NCBI GenBank assembly: GCA_052426225.1
Contig: JBNJNM010000015.1
Location: forward strand, 1,860,001-1,924,000
Source of the DNA: Zancudomyces culisetae HAW-14-8
Taxonomy: Eukaryota > Fungi > Kickxellomycota
DNA length: 64,000 nucleotides
Direction: 5' to 3'
Shown here: piece after piece, positions 59,153 to 64,000 of the stretch
How positions within the stretch are numbered: the first letter of the stretch is position 1
Layout: every line of letters starts with the position of its first letter
Translations under genes and position numbers: made by a program
The notes under the pieces: model-generated
The model's database searches: none
What the model was told of the DNA's origin: nothing
The model's input: the letters and a program-made list of their open reading frames with translations, nothing else

Positions 59153-60090
59153 TCCTGTGTGGTGGTGGCAGCGAGAGTAATTGTGGATCTATTTTGTGGG
59201 CGTCTGGGACAGATCGCTATGATGTGGTCAGGGTTACCACAATACAAGCAGAGGTTGTTGTCACGGCGTCTTTGGCGTTCTTCAGGTGTTATGGGTGGGC
59301 GGCGTGTGGATGTTCCGTCAATTTCCATGGGCTGTGTGCGTGGTTGGTGTGGACTTGTAGGGTCTGATCTGGGTATTGTAGGCTGGTTAAAGGCGAAGCG
59401 GCTGCGATGGGTTCTTTCTAGTTGTCTTTCAAAGAGTCTGTTGTCTACCTTGATAGAAAGATCAATTAGTTCGTTGAGGTTTTCAGGTCTGTCAAATCTT
59501 GCCAGTTGATCCTTGACTTCATCCTTGAGTCCTTCATAATATTGGCTACAAAGGGCGGAGTCGTTCCAATTGGTTAACGTAGAAAGGCGACGGAAGTCAG
59601 TCGCGTAGTTGACAGCTGAATTGGTTTGGCGAAGCCTTCTTAATTGTCTTTCGGCAGTAGACGCTTGATGTGGGTTGCCAAACACTCTATGTAGTTCTTC
59701 AGTAAATAGTTCAAAATCTGTAAGCATAGGTACCGGTGTACGGGACTCGAGGTAGGGTTGTAGCCACGAGAAGGCTGCACCACGAAGGAAGGTAGATGCA
59801 AAAACAACTTTTTGCTTGTCTGAAGGGAACCGAGATGGCTGTGCTTCGATTACGAGGTTGACTTGTGAAATGAAATTACGGAGATGATCTCTGTTACCAT
59901 TATAGTATTCGGGATCTGCTACTCTGGGTTCACGAGAAACGGTCATGGATTGAACGTGTCCAGGGTTGGCTAAAGAGTCTACACGGCTTTGCAAGTCTCC
60001 TAGACGGTTAAACATGCGATGGAGTTCGTTGTACTCGCGGACAGTCATCATGACTGGTGCGTCTAAATCTTCAATGTGTGTGTCCGACAT
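59128..60090 (-). CDS. gag: Gag, family C (likely ATG at 60090)
   Basis: [44 protein letters not shown]. Confidence 0.92.
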   Translation of the reverse strand: MSDTHIEDLDAPVMMTVREYNELHRMFNRLGDLQSRVDSLANPGHVQSMTVSREPRVADPEYYNGNRDHLRNFISQVNLVIEAQPSRFPSDKQKVVFASTFLRGAAFSWLQPYLESRTPVPMLTDFELFTEELHRVFGNPHQASTAERQLRRLRQTNSAVNYATDFRRLSTLTNWNDSALCSQYYEGLKDEVKDQLARFDRPENLNELIDLSIKVDNRLFERQLERTHRSRFAFNQPTIPRSDPTSPHQPRTQPMEIDGTSTRRPPITPEERQRRRDNNLCLYCGNPDHIIAICPRRPQNRSTITLAATTTQENSPAQNV

Positions 60091-60129
60091 GGCTTGGAAT
60101 AGTAGTAAACTGTTATGGATCTGACAAAC

Positions 60130-60485
60130 TGTCAAAACTGGTTTAGGAATATTTAGCTTAGTACTATTTTATTTATTTATATAAGACAATTGTTGTCAGA
60201 TAAGGAATAGAAATTTTTAGGAAAAAACTAGGGTTTTTATACTTATAAAAAAGTTAGAAACTTGAATAAAAATTATTGCGTCTATCGCTTGATTACTAAT
60301 CAAAATGTTCTAGACAGGAATTTATTATTAAAATCATTAAGTAATAATAAAATTTCCAGTATGTTCTTAGAAAATCATGAAATATTAATTACGAATTTAT
60401 TAATTAAAATTCGTAATTTAAACTTACCAATAAATATAAATAGACACAACGGTCTAGAATTTAATTATATTTTATGGTTATGACA
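60130..60485 (-). repeat. 5' LTR, family C
   Basis: Direct repeat of 54849-55204. Confidence 0.96.
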
Positions 60486-60490
60486 ATTAT

Positions 60491-63400
60491 TAAGTACTAA
60501 TATAAAATATAATTATTGTTGACATTGTTGTGATAATTTTTCTGAAGTAATAAAAGATGCTATTTAAAGTTTTTGTTTGTAGCATATGAATTTATTATTT
60601 AACACTAAAATGTTGCATAAATAGAAAGTTGTTAAATTAATGAACTATTTAAAGTAATGTTGTGTTTTGTGCTAGTTATGATATTAAACATGTTTAAAAT
60701 CATATTTCTGATTCATCCAAATCATATTTGATATTGTTTGTTGATTTAAATTGAAACTGTTTAATATTAGTTTATGACAGTATTCCCTCTCTTAGTGTCG
60801 ATCTCTGAGCGACATTGGTTTATTCGGGTTTACATTATGGTACTTTTTCACAAGTTCTTTTGTATTTGTTAGATGTTCGGCTGGTTACTAAATTCTTTCG
60901 CTTGCATCGTACCCTTTCCAGTCCACTAGATATTGTAGTATATTATATTTAATACGACTGTCTAATATTTGTTCGACTTTGTATTCTGATATTCCATCAA
61001 CTAGTACCGGTAATGGAGTTTCATAAATTCGGCCTTCAATAGTGTTGTTAGTTACTATTTCTAGAAGGGAATCGTGAAAGACAGGATGTACTTTCATAGT
61101 CGTAGGAAGTTGAAGTTCGTATGCTACTTTGCTTAATTATATAACTATTGTGAATGGACCTAATTTAGTATAATCTAGTTTGTTATTTGGTCTGTTAGTT
61201 TTAATATATTTTCTATTTAACCACACTTTTGATCCTATATTAAACTCGGGTTCTGCTTGTTTGTTTTTATTATATGCTTTAGCATATCTTTCATTTGCAT
61301 TTTTAATATTTTTTATAAGTTCCTTGTAACTTGTGACATTTTCTGAGTTAATTCTGTGATTATGGGAGAGATACTGAGTGAAGTCAAAATATTTGATGGA
61401 AATATTGAAGGATGATATCCAGTATTAGCGTAGATGGTGAAAATTTTGTAGTTGAGTGTTGTGAGTTATTATATGCAAATTCTGCGAGTGCTAATAAATC
61501 ATGCCAGTTTGTTTGGTTGTAGTTACAATAAATTCTGATTTACTGTTCTAAAACTTGGTTTACTCGTTCCGTTTGACCATCCGTTTGTGGATGGTATGCT
61601 GTTGACATATTTGATTTTTTATTTAATACTTTGGTAATAGTATTCCAAAATTTATTAGTGAAGATAGAACCTCTATCAGAGACGATATTTTTTGGCAGTC
61701 CGTGAAGTTTAAATATGTTATTGATAAATAGTTTTGCTGTTTGTTGTTCGTTGATGTTGTTATTTGTTGGAATAAAATGCGCCATTTATGTTAGTCTATC
61801 TACAATAACCAATACTGAATCGTAAGTTTGTGACAATGGTAACCCAACAATAAAATCCATAGAAATTGATTCCCACGGTTTTTCTGGAATCTGTAAAGGT
61901 TGTAGTTGACCATATGGTTTGTGTCTTATCGGTTTACATCTGCAACATTGATCGCATGAGTTAATATAATTTTTATTCATTTTTCTCATTTTTGGCCAAT
62001 AATAGTATCTTGAAATTAGTTCAAAGGTTTTAGTATGTCCGAAGTGTCCAGCAATAGGCGAATCGTGAAATTGGTTGAGTAGTAGTAGTTTGATTTCAAT
62101 GTTATCTGGAATGTAAGTTTTACCTTTAAAAGTAAGTATTTCATTGTCGTATTTATAATCCTTTAAGTTTGGATATTCAGAGTTAGATGAATTGTTAAAA
62201 TATTTCAATTTTGAAATAATGGAATTAGCTTTAATATCTTTTTTGTAGCTACTATTTAATATAGTTTTATCAAATTTATTAGCAACCATTGGTTCTACTG
62301 CTGCAATAATCAATTGTTCTGGCTATAGCAAAGTTTTATTAGTACGTAGATCTTCATCCCCCTCCTTAGGCAAATGATCCGGGCGTCGGGACAAAGCATC
62401 GGGTTTCCCGTTAGATGAACCAGTTGCGTATTTAATAATGAAATTATAATTTCCTAATAATTCTGCCCATCGTGCTTGACGCCTATTCAAAGTTTTAGTG
62501 GTAGTAAAATATTCTAGATTTTTATGATCAGTTAAAACCGTAATTTGATGTAATGCTCCTTCGAGTTATGATCTCCATTCTTTAAAAGCTATAATTATGG
62601 CTAACATTTCTTTATCGTAAATTTCGTAGTTGATTTCAGCAGGTTGTAACTTTCTGGAATAATATCTATATGATGTAAATTGATATTATCGTTGCGTTGT
62701 GATATAACTCCTTTAATTGCGAAGTCTGATGTATCAGTTTCGATAGTATTTGATTTATTCGGATCAAAATATTTTAAAATAGGTGCAGTTGTAAATGCTT
62801 TTTTGAATTGATCGAAAGAGTTTTGTAATTCAGTGATCCAGTTCCATTTTTCATATTTTGTAACAATTTTAATATAGGTGTCACAATCTTTGAAAAATTC
62901 ATTATAAATTTTCTATAGAAATTTGCAAAACCGAGAAACGTTTAAATTTCTTTTATTGAGGTTGGTGCAGGCCATGTACTTACAGCTATTGTCTTTGTTT
63001 TATCCATACTCACCCCTTTATCGGAAACAATATATCCCAAGAATTCGACTTCTGTTTTGTGAAATCGACATTTTTCCAGTTTAGCAATCAGTGAAATAAT
63101 TTATAGTCTTCTTAATATTTCTTTTACATTCTTAATATGGTCTGCTAATGTTGTAATATAAACCAGTATATCATATAAATATACTACTGCAAAACTATCT
63201 AAGCAGTCAGATAATACATCATTCTTGAAAAATTGAAACGATGCTGGAGCATTGTAGAGTCCGAATGGCATAACTCTATATTGATAGTGACCGTATCTCG
63301 TACGGAATGCAGTTTTCCATTCATCTCATTTAGCTATTCTTATTAAATTATTAGCGCCTCTTAAATCGATTTAAATAAATATTTTCGCTTGTCTGAAACT

Positions 63401-64000
63401 GTCGAGTAACTCTCCGATTAAAGGTAAGTGATACCTGTTTTTAATTTTCAAGTTATTTAATCCTCTATAATCAACGCATAATCTTAAAGATCCATCTTTC
63501 TTTTTTACAAATAGTATAGGAGAGCCAGCAGGAGATGATGAAGAATGAATAAAACCTATATCTAAATTTTCTTTCAAATATTCACGAAGTGCTGCGAGTT
63601 CTGTTTCAGATAGTGAATAAATTGGTCTCAATGGTGGTTGTGAGCCTGGTGTTAACGAAATTTTATGATCATATGTACGATGAGGTGGTAAATTATTAGT
63701 TGCTTTTTCGTCGTATACATCTTTAAATTCGGAATATTCCGATGGTATAGGAGTTATTTCTGATTATTCTGGAATTAATGTGCTAGTTATTGTGTGTGTA
63801 GAACATTGATTTTGTTGTTTACTACAATTTTTGTGGCAATATTCAGATATGAAATACAACTATCTAAATTCCCCTCAATGTGTGGATTATGGGTTCTCAG
63901 CCAGTTTATTCCAATAATTACATGGTATTATCCCATTTATTTACATCAAAGGATATAGTTACGTGATAATTATAGGTGTTAAGTTGAAGAGGTATTGTAT
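60491..64000 (-). mobile_element. Older decayed family-C-like chromovirus (pol, PPT, LTR remnant), running off the window end
   Basis: Fragmented RT (63371-63631), integrase (61540-62313) and chromodomain (60888-61097) collinear with 55217-58834. PPT at ~60784-60791; LTR terminus at 60779. Confidence 0.88.

Larger units (their letters stand above)
54849..60485 (-). mobile_element. Intact chromovirus LTR retrotransposon family C
   Basis: Apparently identical 356-bp LTRs at 54849-55204 and 60130-60485. TSD ATTAT. PPT AAGAGGGAGA. Open gag and pol. Confidence 0.97.

Noticed and set aside
60491-64000. RIP-like hypermutation explaining the AT-rich decayed copies
   Set aside because: The two family A copies remain near-identical and old copies carry many indels. 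This cannot be supported without a substitution-spectrum analysis.

Overview
This is an AT-rich eukaryotic window, probably fungal (inferred from the Tf1/Tcn1-like chromoviruses), and it is almost entirely a nested transposable-element cluster. I recognise no host gene. Two chromodomain Ty3/Gypsy elements look intact and young: family A at 11020-16620 (+, TSD CCTCC) and family C at 54849-60485 (-, TSD ATTAT). Also present are a disabled inverted copy of family A (39415-45011), an RT-less gag-retaining element (family B, 6400-9773), a single-ORF gag-pol Gypsy running off the left edge, several decayed non-chromodomain Gypsy elements (one group with a tRNA-Arg-like PBS), many solo or partial LTRs, and two Tc1 DNA transposons. 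The most unusual signal is a GC-rich structured RNA module of about 165 nt in the 3' UTR of two related short-LTR chromoviruses. Its stems covary between families, and it sits in opposite orientations relative to its hosts. In family A it lies behind a tRNA-derived Pol III promoter and in front of a T-run. Other points are Tf1-type self-priming sites in three families, HSE and AP-1-like arrays in the family B LTR, and near-canonical or non-canonical -1 frameshift signals.
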